Program-made: the position numbers and the translations under genes | Notes under the pieces: model-generated | What the model saw: only the letters and a program-made list of their open reading frames with translations | What the model was told of the DNA's origin: nothing | Database searches by the model: none | Source of the DNA: Eledone cirrhosa | Taxonomy: Eukaryota | NCBI GenBank assembly: GCA_964016885.1 | Contig: OZ024743.1 | Coordinates: forward strand, 41,602,001-41,666,000 | DNA: 64,000 nt | Direction of reading: 5' to 3' | Part shown: one piece after another, positions 44,280-57,980 of the stretch | Layout: every line of letters begins with the position of its first letter | Position numbering within the stretch: the stretch's first letter is position 1

Positions 44280-45670
44280 ATAAATAATCGAAAGTGTTCC
44301 TTAGATTGCTCGGAAAGAGTTGTTGGGGTTAAATCCACGTCAAGGTTGATTGTTCGCAAACATAGCTTGTTTTGATTTTGTAGCAGGTCAAGCGAGGAAA
44401 CTCTGGCCGGTGTTAGGGCAGTCTTTCCCGGAAAAATGTGTTTATCCGCTACGAGATTACAACCTTACCATTGTTGATACGCATGTAATCAACGCTTATT
44501 TTGAAAGTTATCTTTTGCCGCATCTGTTTGTGTGAGTCGTTTAAGGCTGGGTCAGATATGCAAGGCGTGTTTCCTGGGTGTTATTTTGCAGCGCCTGCCC
44601 GCCGGGGTGTTAAGCTTGTTGCAGGGAGATCCGGTGCACGGTTTCACTCCTCATCCTTAACCCATCTGAAGAAGGATTTTTTAAGCGATGTGTAAAAATT
44701 ATCGCTGTTTCAGCTCTGCTATTGATGAGCTCGTGGGGTGCAGTTATGATGTGGAAGAGCTCCATTGGGAAAAGATCGCATTTCCTCTTGAAGTTGTACG
44801 GTGCAGCCCTGCCGACAATATCCCAGTGCATGGAGAAGCTGATGTTTAAGTCCTTTAGTGATGTGATGTAATCCGCGAGCGAAGTGGAGTGTCTTAGTTT
44901 TTTTTTATTTGTGAAAGAGTGGAGATGTGTTCGAAACCTAATTTTGAACGGGACGGAGGTAGTCCCTATATAATGTTTAACGCTATTGTGGCTAGTTATA
45001 GTGCATCTATATATAACCCTATCAGTCAAGCAGTATCCTCTAAGGGGGCAGCGTCCTCTGTCGCGGCAGTTGCAATTTCTGTCGCGGTTCCGTCTATTTC
45101 CCACGGTAAGGCTATCATTGTTGCTGCCTACGTTGTTACCCACGCTACCGCAGCTCTCGTTAACACCATTACAACCCACAGCACGCGGGGTGGTGCGATT
45201 GTTATTCTGAACGTCATGTCCTGCATATTCCCCAGTCATTTCGTGGTTATGCTGGTTGCGTCTGAGGATGCCGTTGCCAACACTATTGGATGCTGCCAGG
45301 GAGTTGTTAAGGCCGATATAGTTATTGTCAGGTGTAGGTGCGTCTGAGTGGAGGTGCTGTGTCTTGGTGATCTTACTGTGGTTCGTTGTTCCTATGATGT
45401 CTGCTAGGTTAGGAATAGTAGAGAAGGATATTTTTATATTGTTCCTATTAAGAATGTTTCTATACCTATGGTTGGGCGGGAAGTTCTTTTCTAAGGCTTC
45501 GAAGAACATCCGGGGCATGTTGGAGGCTACACTCCGAGAGTACGGGGGCTGGAACCATAGGATGTTACGGTGGCGATTACGTGTCCTTGTACATTTGCTA
45601 CGGGTGGTTTCATCTAGGTGACCGCTCTTATGTGTGTTAGTTCGCAGTCGCTTGTTCGGAACCCAAAGAG

Positions 45671-47934
45671 ATGTATGGCTTCAAAACATACCGAAACCCA
45701 ACGCGCAAAACCTTTCTGGACTCCTTTGAAGAGGACCTGCTGAAAATGATCAAAAACGTTAAGTTCAGAAAGAAACACCAATGCAGCAATCAATTCTTAA
45801 CGTCCCTTGATACACTAATAACTAAGTTCAAGAATGACCCTCACCTGTTCGTCACCTCCGACAAAATCAAAAAGCTGTACAAGATGGACGCGAGTAAGTA
45901 TAAAAAATTATTATATAAGGAACTACACAAAGACTACAAAAAGACACCCTCTAGTACCCTAAATTACATAAATAGAGTAGGGAAGTATATAGTCACCAGC
46001 TTAGAAATAGAAAAAGTACACTAACCCATACGTCCCTCTGACGCCTAAATTCTCTCTTAAGGATCACAAATATGACTTTAATGAAAGACCCTCTATTAGA
46101 CTAATATGCGCCTCTACATCAGATATACGTAAGATTAGTAAAGTGATCCTCGACAGAGTACTACTAGAGCTTAATAGAAAGGCAAGGAACTAACCTGGTC
46201 GGGATATACCGCCTACATAAGCTTAGGGAAGAGATACCGGCCCTACAAGGAGGTATATATATGGACGACGCCCTGTTTACCGTTAGGAACCATAGCCCCC
46301 GTAGGATAGAGAATCTTAACAAACATATACACAGGTTCTTCAGGTCATACGGCCTATCCGTAACTATGGACCTCAACCACTAGGTTGTCAACTTCCTGGA
46401 CGTGACCCTGGAGTTGAGTACAGGTTTATACAAACCATACTATAAGCCTGGAGAGTGCCTCTCTTATATTAATTATGCCTCCAACCACCCTAAGCAGACT
46501 CTCAACTCCATAGTCTATAGTATCTCACATAGAATCTCGAGACTATCCGCCAATGAGGATATCTTCAACCAAGCGGCAGATTACTACAATAGGGCCTTGA
46601 TAAGCGCCGGCTTTAACCGAGGCATTTCCTACATCCCCAACGCTAGCTCTAGAACCCCCCCCCTCATAAAACGAACGTTATAGTAAGCCATACTTATAAC
46701 CGACACGCGGCGACCTCGTTGAAGTCGGATATAATAGAATAGATAACCGCACTAAAGACCACGACCCCGGCGACGGTGACCACTGTAGATTACTCGAACT
46801 ATTCCCCCATTACAAAACCAACAAAGGCGACGGTCTACTACCAACGCCTTCCAACCAACATCTTCCCTTACATAAACATGAAAGAGGTAGGAAGAGTGCA
46901 CCCGAGCATAAAGTGAAAGGCGCACCGAACGGGCGACTGCGCGCTAACACATATAAGAGCGGTCATCTAGATGGAACCACCCGTAGCAAACGTACAAGGA
47001 CACCTAATCGCCACCGTAACGTCCTATGGTTTTACCCCCCTACTCTCGGAGTGTGGCCTCCAACATACCCCGGATGTTCTTCGAAGCCTTAGAGAAGAAC
47101 TTCCCGCCCAACCATAGGTATAGAAACATTCTTAATAGGAACAATATAAAAATATCCTTCTCTACTACTCCTAACCTAGCAGACATCATAGGAACAACGA
47201 ACCACAGTAAGATCACCAAGACACAGCACCTCGACAGACGCACCTACACCTGACAATAAATATATCGGCCTTAACATCTCCCTGGCAGCATCCAATAGTG
47301 TTGGCAACGGCATCCGCAGACGCAACCAGCATAACCGCCAAAGGACTGGGGAATATGCAGGACATGACGTGCGGAATAACAATCGTACCAGCCTGCGTGC
47401 TGTGGGTTGTAATGGTGCTAACGACAGCTGCGGTAGCGTGGGTAACAACGTAGGCAGCAACAATGATAGCCTTACCGTGGGAAACAGACGGAACCTCGAC
47501 AGAAATTGCAACTGCCGCGACAGAGGACGCTGCACCCTTAGAGGATAGTGTTTGACTGATAGGGTTATATATAGATGCACTATAACTAACCACAATAGCG
47601 TTAAACATTATATAGGGTCTACCTCCGTCCCGTTCAAAATTAGGTTTCGAAAACATCTCCACTCTTTCACAAATAAAAAACTAAGACACTCCACTTCGCT
47701 CGCGGATTACATCACATCACTAAAGGACTTAAGCATCAACTTCTCCACGCACTGAGATATTGTCGGCAGGGCTGCACGTTCCAAATTCATGAGGGAATGT
47801 GATATTTGCCTCATGGAGCTCTACCACATCATAACTGCACCCCACGAGCTCATAAACAGCAGAGGTGAAACAGCGATGAGTTGTACACATCGCTTAAAAA
47901 TATCCTTCTTCAGATGGGTTAAGGATGAGGAGTG
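45671..47934 (+). pseudogene. PLE RT-GIY-YIG, with internal deletion of the RT centre and multiple stops
   Basis: YGFKTYRNP, SDK, LKDHK, RLICASTSD, then a jump to LVGIY..GGIYMDDAL. Confidence 0.85.
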
Positions 47935-48005
47935 AAACTGTGCACCGGATCTCCTTGCAACAAGTCTTAACACCCCGGCAGGAAGGTGCTGCAACGCAAC
48001 CATAG

Positions 48006-48086
48006 ACTCCCAGATGACGTAAGGATTTCTCTATGGTTGCGTCGGTAACTATATTTATTCCCTTACAGAAACTAATTAGTTGGAGT
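48006..48086 (+). ncRNA. Type I hammerhead, core CAGATGA
   Basis: actcc CAGATGA c-gtaagg...ccttac-a GAAAC TAATTA GTT ggagt. Confidence 0.75.
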
Positions 48087-48532
48087 GAACATTTTAGTAA
48101 GTAAGTTAATTTTAAAATTTTCTTATTTTACGTCTTTCATATAATTGTTCTGCATCCCCTTGCATAGAACCGCAAAGGTACTAAGACATAACATATATAT
48201 TTGCTAGCATAGGTATACATATGTATACATATGTTGGTAGATATACTAATTCTTTATATTAATCTCCAAATTATTTGTTGAGCAAAACTTGCCGAAATTA
48301 CTGCTATAGTTCATGGTAGTAGTTAGGCTCGTGTCTTATTAACACTCCACTCCTTACTCATTAACCTCAGTGTCACGTGATTGATTCTTTAGAATTTGCC
48401 ACTGACAAAGTAGGCAGTGAATTTTTTCAGTGTCCTGGAATCTAGTCCCCGCTCGCTTTTTTCCATCCACTGAATTATTTTTATATGAGTTCCTAGTGTC
48501 CACGCATTGCCTGGGAACTTAGCTGAGAATAG

Positions 48533-48614
48533 ACTCCCTGATAACGTAAGGATTTCTCTATGGTTGCGTTGCGTAACTATATTTATTCCCTTACAGAAAC
48601 TAATTAGTTGGAGT
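48533..48614 (+). ncRNA. Type I hammerhead, core CTGATAA
   Basis: Same fold as 48006-48086; the consensus of the two copies gives CTGATGA. Confidence 0.75.
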
Positions 48615-48775
48615 GAAACTTGTAATAAGTTAATTTTAAAATTTTCTTATTTTACGTCTTTCATATAATTGTTCTGCATCCCCTTGCTTAGAACCACAAA
48701 GGTACTAAGATATAACATATATATTTGCTAGCATAGGTATACATCTGTATACATATGTTGGTAGATATACTAATT

Positions 48776-48907
<132 letters not shown>

Positions 48908-49025
48908 ATATATGTATGTATACATATATGAAGTGAATCCTTTATAAAACAATTATAAGTAGTACGCACGAATGCACACATCTTCACAAAAGCACACATC
49001 AAATACAAACAAAAATGTGCTCATG

Positions 49026-49104
<79 letters not shown>

Positions 49105-49173
49105 GTATGTATGTATGTATGTATATATATATATATATGTATGTATATATATATATATGTATGTATGTATGTA

Positions 49174-49207
<34 letters not shown>

Positions 49208-49247
49208 CATGTATATATATATATGTATGTATGTATATATATGTATG

Positions 49248-49296
<49 letters not shown>

Positions 49297-49299
49297 GTA

Positions 49300-49404
49300 T
49301 TATGAAAATAAACCAAAGAAGCCTTCAATACGTCAAAAGTCGAAACATTGTTGGCTAATAAAGGCTTTTGATGTATTGAAGGCTTCTTTGGTTTATTTTC
49401 ATAA
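49300..49404. repeat. Hairpin with 42 bp arms and a hammerhead 3' half in the loop
   Basis: Arms 49300-49341 and 49363-49404; loop GAAAC ATT GTT GGC T AATAAA. Confidence 0.8.
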
Positions 49405-49553
49405 TTTTTGGGCTCTGTTTAATTACATTGAACTATACCTTTACTGTCATTTCTATAATACGAAGAGGGTGTTTAACTCCAACACACTCTAGTATTTTAA
49501 TTCTTATATATATATGTATGTATGTATATATATATATATATATGTATATATTA

Positions 49554-49659
<106 letters not shown>

Positions 49660-49712
49660 CGGCGATGAATTAGTTTAGCGAGGTTTTTTATATGAAATCG
49701 TGTCTCGAAACA

Positions 49713-50765
49713 AATATTGTTATACTTGGGGAGCGTCATATTTGTGTAATATTGCCAGAATTAATAACAGATCACACTCACTGTTTGGTTGGTTTTCGCT
49801 TCTTGCTGTCTTTTACATCTGTAATCTAACTTACTCGGTCCTCAATGTTGTCATTGAGTGGCCGACGGTCAAAAATAATACAGATACAATATAGACACAA
49901 ACACATATATATAGTTTACATAAATCTTTCTTTGCACATCTGCAACATCGTCAGTGGTGTTATATTTTCCTCCTGTTGTGTTGTATGTCTACGCCATTTT
50001 TTATTCAGTCTGTCTATATATTTATTTATTTATTTGCTTGTTTGTTTATTTCATTTTGTCTTCTTTGCGCATGCGTTTGCGTGTGTGTATAGTGTTATGT
50101 TTGCTGTGTGATGTGTGACTAGTGTGAGTTTATGTGCTTGTTATTATTGTGCTTGTGTATGTATTTATTTATCTTATTTTATTTACTTATTTATACTTCT
50201 CTTAGGTCAGTGTTGTTTGTTTGGGTGTTGTTGTTAATCCACTCATTCTTTCTGTTTAGCTTTGGTCTTCTAATTTCTATTTCACTGGCCTCTCTGATTT
50301 GCCTATCTGCTGGGTCATTTCTATGTCTAGGTATTATGCTAATTTCTATGTTGTCTATGTTACCGTCATGTTTTTGTCTAGCATGTTCGTATATACACAC
50401 ACGCAAACGCATGCGCAAAGAAGACAAAATGAAATAAACGAACAAGCAAATAAATAAATAAATATATAGACAGACTGAATAAAAAATGGCGTAGACATAC
50501 AACACAACAGGAGGAAAATATAACACCACTGACGATGTTGCAGATGTGCAAAGAAAGATTTATGTAAACTATATATATATGTTTGTGTCTATATTGTATC
50601 TGTATTATTTTTGACCGTCGGCCACTCAATGGCAACATTGAGGACCGAGTAAGTTAGATTACAGATATAAAAGACAGCAAGAAGCGAAAACCAACCAAAC
50701 AGTGAGTGTGATCTGTTATTAATTCTGGCAATATTACACAAATATGACCCTCCTCAAGTATAACA

Positions 50766-50768
<3 letters not shown>
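49713..50768. mobile_element. Inverted-repeat element (~375 bp arms), probably non-autonomous; third copy at 52745-53105
   Basis: 49713-50090 versus 50392-50768; (TA)n on both flanks. Confidence 0.8.
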
Positions 50769-50846
<78 letters not shown>

Positions 50847-51044
50847 CATATATATATATATCCATATATATATATATACATACAAACATATATATATATG
50901 TATATATATATGTATAAATAAATATATATATATATATACATATGTATATATATATATATATATACATATATATATACATATATATATATGATTGTATGTA
51001 TATATATATATGGATATATATATATATATATATGTATAGGAACG

Positions 51045-51255
51045 ATCGACTTTCGTCAAATCGGACCGAGGGAACAATGTTTCCGTTGGTCTTTCCAATT
51101 GCTAATACTATCTATCGGTCGCAACTCCAGGTAGAAGGAGCAACGTGAAATAAAGTGTCTTGCTCAAGGACATAACGCATCGCCTGGTCCACGAATCGAA
51201 CTCACAACCTTACGATTGCAAATCCAATTCTCTAACCATTCAGCCACACGCCTTC
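51045..51255 (-). mobile_element. SINE family B
   Basis: Matches 13050-13248; B-box-like GAGTTCGATTC. Confidence 0.8.
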
Positions 51256-51260
51256 ACAAA

Positions 51261-51306
<46 letters not shown>

Positions 51307-51326
51307 AATATATGTATATATATATT

Positions 51327-51387
<61 letters not shown>

Positions 51388-51435
51388 ATATATGTATATA
51401 TATACATACATATATATATATATATATGTATATAT

Positions 51436-51506
<71 letters not shown>

Positions 51507-51936
51507 TATAAACATGAGCACATTTTTGTTTGTATTTGATGTGTGCTTTTGTGAAGATATGTGTGCATTCGTGCGTACTAGTTATAATTGTTTTATAAAA
51601 GATTCACTTTTCCATTTGCAATAGAAGACGTTGAACGTAAGGAAAACACTGGGTAATTACAAGAAAACAAAATGTTCAACTTGTCAATTATAGAAGGCTT
51701 AATGTCAACCGTAACGAAAACCAATACACACTCAAACTCACGCATATGCACACACATAGACACATGTATATATATATAAAGTGTGTATATCTGTAAAGTC
51801 CTGTGTATGCGATACACATTCCATTTAATTCTTTTTATGTAATGCAACAAAGCGGCTTATAATCTTGAAAACGTCATCTAACCGGTTTGGTCACTAAAGA
51901 TTTTATGACCTCCTAAAGGAAGAAAACAAAACAAAT

Positions 51937-51998
<62 letters not shown>

Positions 51999-52710
51999 GC
52001 AATAATACTACTACTAGCAATAATAATGGTTTCATTTATTGGCCAAAAGGACCGATATATAGGGGACGATAGAGCAGACAGGGACATATAAAACGTTTAA
52101 AAATATAAATAACAATAACAAAATAACAACAGAAATACAACAATGATACAATAATACAACAATTCCCCAATAGAGGGATAACCACATAGGGTTGACTCAG
52201 GTATCCCACCAATCCTCAACCACGCGACGCCTCGAGTTCACCCGGGAAGAGCACACCTCTCCTCCTCGAATTAACAAGCCAAAAGGCGCATACTCCGACT
52301 ATGCCCATTCTCACGGATCATTCGCGCCGTATTCATCCAACTTCTTCAAATGTACTAGGGGAGCAATTCTCTCTGCACACTAACCTTTCTAACCTAGTGA
52401 AACTTGAACAAGTTAATGAAGGATTCGTTGTAAAAAAGTGTTTGGTTTCAATTCTTTCAACCTGGTCCATCACGCAACCTTTTTCGCTACTGCACCAGAC
52501 ACGAGAAAAGTGCCTGCTCTTCCTGGCTAAAAGAAGCCGGTGGATCGAGTTTCACTAAGCACTCGGCCAATAGTCGGATCCGTTCTACATGCGACAACAA
52601 CTGTTCGACATAACTTCACACGTCGGTAATACACAGACACGGGATGAGTGCTTCCAGAACAGTATCGTCGCTCTGTGTGCATCTCGAGCAGGTCCTTTTG
52701 ACTGCCAATA
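51937..52710 (-). pseudogene. 3' fragment of an L1/Tx1-like LINE with (TAG)n tail
   Basis: Minus-strand translation TCSRCTQSDDTVLEALIPC resembles a decayed zf-RVT knuckle; followed by a pyrimidine-rich 3' UTR, AATAAA and (TAG)n at 51937-52020. Confidence 0.65.
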
Positions 52711-53118
52711 CACAGTCACCCAAACAAGAACACACATCAAACAAAACACTATGCGCAAACGCATGCGCAGAGAAGATAAACAAAATAAACAAATAAATAA
52801 ATAAATAAACAGACTAAATAAAGATGGCCTAAACATACAATGCAACGGGAGGAAACATAATAGCAACACTGACGATGTTGCAGATGTGCAACGAAAGAAA
52901 TTTGATAGACTATATATGTGTGTTTGTGTCTATATTGTATCTGTATTTTTTACCGCTGGTCAGTCAATGGCAACATTGAGGACCGAATAAATTAAATTAA
53001 CCGATATAAAAGACACAGAGGCGAAAACCAAATAAACAGTGAGTGTGTTCTGTTATTAATTCTGGCAATATTACACAAATATGACCCTCCCCAAGTATAG
53101 CAATATATATATATAGTA

Positions 53119-53230
53119 GAAATTGTTTCTATAGGACTAGGACAGTTTCATTTGAAGGGAATCATCAGGACAACACTTTCCTGGTGATTATCTTTGAATG
53201 AAACATTTCTTGTCTTGTAAGAGCCATTTC
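53119..53230. ncRNA. Palindromic double-hammerhead mini-element, copy B (decayed)
   Basis: Minus arm gtc CTGATGA ttcc-cttc-aaat GAAAC tgtcctagtcct ATA gaaac; plus arm ttc CTGGTGA...GAAAC...GTA. Confidence 0.6.
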
Positions 53231-53308
53231 AAAATTAAATCTTGTATATATTCTTCTATGTATTTAGAAACTTACTGCGGTTGCCCATAATGGAATCCGG
53301 CACTCTCT

Positions 53309-53347
<39 letters not shown>

Positions 53348-53368
53348 TTTTATGGAACCCGGGTATCA

Positions 53369-53552
<184 letters not shown>

Positions 53553-53634
53553 AGTATGTTTTTGAATCGTTGCGCGAGTTTGAAATTAGAAATTATAACC
53601 TTTCACCGTATATTAGACTAAAGACATTTCTAGC

Positions 53635-53699
<65 letters not shown>

Positions 53700-53826
53700 A
53701 CTCTTCCCCCACACTACAAGACAATACACTGCTTATCACTATAAATGGTAACTCAGTGAAATTCGCAGATTACTACTACGAACCCTAAGTTCACCCACCA
53801 CATAGACTTCGTCTGTCCCTTCTCTA

Positions 53827-53934
<108 letters not shown>

Positions 53935-53986
53935 TAAAGAATGAATAATAACAGTTAGACATCATAAAAAGGTAATTTATTCCGTG

Positions 53987-54098
53987 TGCTTACAAATGTT
54001 TCCACGGTGGTTATACATCCTAGTTATGCTATGTGCAAATTTACAACTATTTGCAGAACTCAAATATCAAATGCTGTGACCACTGTATCCTCAGAGCA
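53987..54098 (-). ncRNA. Type I hammerhead ribozyme in the inverted pLTR
   Basis: Reverse complement of 57629-57740, core intact. Confidence 0.85.
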
Positions 54099-54808
54099 GA
54101 ATGGTTAAAATGTACAATGTAAATACCCTTAAGTGGAGTTATTGGAGAAGATAGAGTAGAAAACGAAGAGAGAAAAGTAGGGGAGAGGGAGAGAGAGAGA
54201 AATATATGCAGGGGTTGGAGAAATAGGAGAGAGTGGTTTGTAGATATCTTAATCAAAATGTTATGGTAGGGGTTTTATTATACTGGTTACTTTTAGAGAG
54301 ATGCGTTGATAGTCAAGGTCGGAATTATTTATTGCCCCAGAGGGCAGGTTCATAGATGTGGAGAGGGAGGGAGGTAGGCCTAAGGCGAGAGAAAGAGAGG
54401 GAGTGGAATGAATGTAGAGAGAGAGAGATAGAGAAGGGACAGACGAAGTCTATGTGGTGGGTGAACTTAGGGTTCGTAGTAGTAATCTGCGAATTTCACT
54501 GAGTAACCATTTATAGTGATAAGCAGTGTATTGTCTTGTAGTATGGGGGAAGATTAGATGGTTAGCTAGAAAGCGATGTTATAGTTAGGGTTCGAATGTT
54601 AAGTTATTTTATACTGAGAGATAAACACTCCGGTATACAGAAGGATCAGGAACTAAGTTTCTTCAACAATTCTTCCATAACTCGTAGAGTAACCTCTCAC
54701 CGTACGTCAACCATTGTAGTAATTAACCATTACTACATCTAGGATAATCCTATATCTAATAATCGCCTCCTACACAGTTGGGCAACCACACCGACACACG
54801 GTATTAAT

Positions 54809-57133
54809 ATGGAAAGGTATCACATAGGTATGTCACTTAAAAACATACCTATACCTAACAAAAGGGAATATATTCTTAGTATGATTCAACGCAATAATGA
54901 CATCATTCAACGTGTACGATGGAAAGCTCTCCATTTCGATAAGGGACGCGCCAGTCACTCGTCTGAATAATATGGTTTTAAATCATTTAAAAACCCACCC
55001 ACAAACCCCCATCTCGATGCTTTCGAACAGGATTTAATGAAAACGACCATGAACATTCAGTTTAACAAACAGAAATAATGAGCTGCAGAGCAACATGAAA
55101 GCACTACTCCGCAGACTGCAAAATACCAATGGAATTGTTGTGAAAGCTGACAAGACCTCTAACGTGTATACTATGGATATCGATACGTACAATAACTTCA
55201 TACGCAACGAACTACATAAAACATATAGAAAAACAAATGAAACTACGCAGCAAATATTAACAACGAGGCATACAAAGTGGTGAAGAATCTCAAGATAGAC
55301 GATAGAACCGAGCCGATTATACCCACAACCCCCACCTTCAACCTGAAGGACCATAAGGTAAATTGTTACTCTAACCCTAAGATTAGACTTATATGCCCTT
55401 CTAAATCAGACATAGGAAAAATTAGCAAACATATACTTGACAGAGTAATAACTCAAGTGAAAAAGAAAATTGAAATTAAATTATGGGGCAACACTAGCGA
55501 TTCGCTGGTTTAATAACGTTAAGAATATGAATAAATCTAAGTTTATACAATTTGACTTAGACGAATACTACTCTTCAATCTCACCAAGCACTTTACGTAA
55601 GGCCCTATCGTTTGCTAAAGTCAATTGCGACCTAACGGAGGACGAAATTAATATTATTCTCGAGGCTAGAAAAACTATTATTAAGTTTGATAACTGCTAC
55701 TGGGAACGTAAGGACAGACCCACAAACTTCGACATTACCATGGGTTCCAACGACTCAGCGGAGGTCACGGATCTTGTGGGAATTTACATAGCCCACATAC
55801 TACATAGTAAATTTAGTAATCTACAGCGGGGGAGGGGTATATACAGAGATGACGGGCTCTTATTAGTTAATAACTTGAATAACCAAAATCTTGAAAGGCT
55901 ACGGAAAAATATTAGAAAATCTTTTAGTGAACTGGGTCTAAAAATAATATACGAATACAATCTTAAAGTAGTAAACTTTCTGGACGTAACTCTTAATTTA
56001 AATACCGGACAGATACAACCCTTCCACAAGATGAATGAGAACCTTACGTATAACAACTTTAACTCAAATCACCCACTCTCCATGATCAAATCGGTTCCCC
56101 GGAGTATTTCTCTTAGAATCTCTCGCCTATCATCTAACTCTGATATTTTTAGTGAACACGCTGAATACTATAATAATGCATTAAGCAATGCCGACCACAG
56201 GTATACAATAGAATACATTGATAGGAATCTCCATAACACACATAGCCCTACACGAAATCAAGGAATACGTAACCGGGGGACTAAAATACAAGCGCACGCA
56301 CACAGTACCACCAGACATACTAATAATAGAAAATCACCACCAAATAAATCACGTTGTAGAAAGTATATCTGGTATAATCCTATTTTTAATGCCTCGATTA
56401 GTACAAAACTATCTCTTTCATTCTTTAAGTTAATCAACAAACATTTCCCTAGTTCCCATAAAAACAGTAAAATTCTGAACTCTAAAACTATTAGACTATC
56501 ATACTCCACGGCACCAAACCTTGAAGCATACATAAAAAACTTAACTTAAAGCAATTAAACAACACTACAAAACAAAATATTTTGGTAACAGAGGGGCAGA
56601 ACGTAATATCTGCCTCCCAACCACTAAATGGGAGACGGGTATTACACAACCCACCTGTACTGCTATCACAACCTATCCATGGTATACCCGCTACCCACAA
56701 CAAAGAATGTAACTGCCATCTACCTGAAAGATGTCCATTGAACAATGAATGCCTAAAGTCCAACATTGTTTACCAATGCACGGTTGAATCGAACGACCAG
56801 AAATGGTATTATATCGGATCTACCACCACCTCGTTTAAATATCGCTGGTACCGTCATCGATTCTCAATCAAACATCCTGATCACCGTTTTGTGACCACGC
56901 TCGCCAACAAGACCTGGCAACTTCGTGAACACAACCAACAGTTCACCTTGAAATGGGTTATACTTTCCAGCGCAAGTGCATACCGGAGTGGATTGAAGTA
57001 CTGTAGGTTATGTAACCTTGAACTCTTTTACATATTAAAATCCAAAAACAAACGACTTAACGATAGAATCGAACGAGCATTATACTGCAACCACAAACTA
57101 AAAGCTAAATTCTCTCAGTGTAAAATAACTTAA
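54809..57133 (+). pseudogene. PLE RT-GIY-YIG polyprotein, full length but disrupted by a few frameshifts and stops
   Basis: MERYHIGMSLKNIPIP..RVRWKA, ADKTSN, FIQFDLDEYYSSI, FDITMGSNDSAEVTDLVG, GIYRDDGL, CNCHLPERCPLNNEC, IVYQC..YYIG, CRLC, CNH. Confidence 0.95.
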
Positions 57134-57628
57134 CATTCGAACCCGTAACTATAACATCGCTTTCTAGCTAACCACCTTCTCTTCCCCCACACTACAAGAC
57201 AATACACTGCTTATCACTATAAATGGTAACTCAGTGCAATTCGCAGATTACTACTACGAACCCTAAGTTTACCCACCACATAGACTTCGTCTGTCCCTTC
57301 TCTATCTCTCTCTCTCTACATCCATTCCACTCTCTCTCTCTCTCGCCTTAGGCCTACCGCCCTCCCTCTCCACATCTATGAACCTGCCCTCTGGGGCAAT
57401 AAATAATTCCGACCTAGACTATCAACGCATCTCTCTAAAAGTAACCAGTATAATAAAACCCCTACCATAACATTTTGATTAAGATATCTACAAACCACTC
57501 TCTCCTATTTCTCCAACCCCTGCATACCTTTCTCTCTCCCTCTCCTCTACTTTTCTCTCTTCGTTTTCTACTCTATCTTCCCCAATAACCCCACTTAAGG
57601 GTATTTACATTGTACATTTTAACCATTC

Positions 57629-57740
57629 TGCTCTGAGGATACAGTGGTCACAGCATTTGATATTTGAGTTCTGCAAATAGTTGTAAATTTGCACATAGCA
57701 TAACTAGGCTGTATTACCACCGTGGAAACATTTGTAAGCA
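57629..57740 (+). ncRNA. Type I hammerhead ribozyme with extended stem II, intact core
   Basis: tgct CTGAGGA tacagtggt...accaccgtg GAAAC ATTT GTA agca; stem II region 85 nt; AATAAA a few nt downstream. Confidence 0.85.
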
Positions 57741-57932
57741 CACGGAATAAATTACCTTTTTATGATGTCTACCTGTTATTATTCATTCTTTATATACACT
57801 CCGGAATACAGAAGGATCAGGAACTAAGTTTCTTCAACAATTCTTCCATAACTCGTAGAGTAACCTCTCTCCGTACGTCAACCATATCCAGTATAGTAAT
57901 TAACCATTACTACATCTAGGATAATCCTATAC

Positions 57933-57980
<48 letters not shown>

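Larger units (their letters stand above)
44185..47993. mobile_element. Penelope-like element copy 4: inverted 3' portion (44185-45660, minus) joined to a plus-strand RT-GIY-YIG body (45670-47993)
   Basis: ~1.07 kb inverted repeat 44588-45660 versus 46925-47993; motifs GIYMDDAL, VVNFLDVTL, WFQPPY, CNCRDRGRCPLRGYC, VIYRC..HYIG. Confidence 0.9.

Noticed and set aside
47753-47755. In-frame TGA in the PLE ORF as possible selenocysteine recoding
   Set aside because: The inverted duplicate has TGG (Trp) at this codon, so it is a simple G>A mutation.
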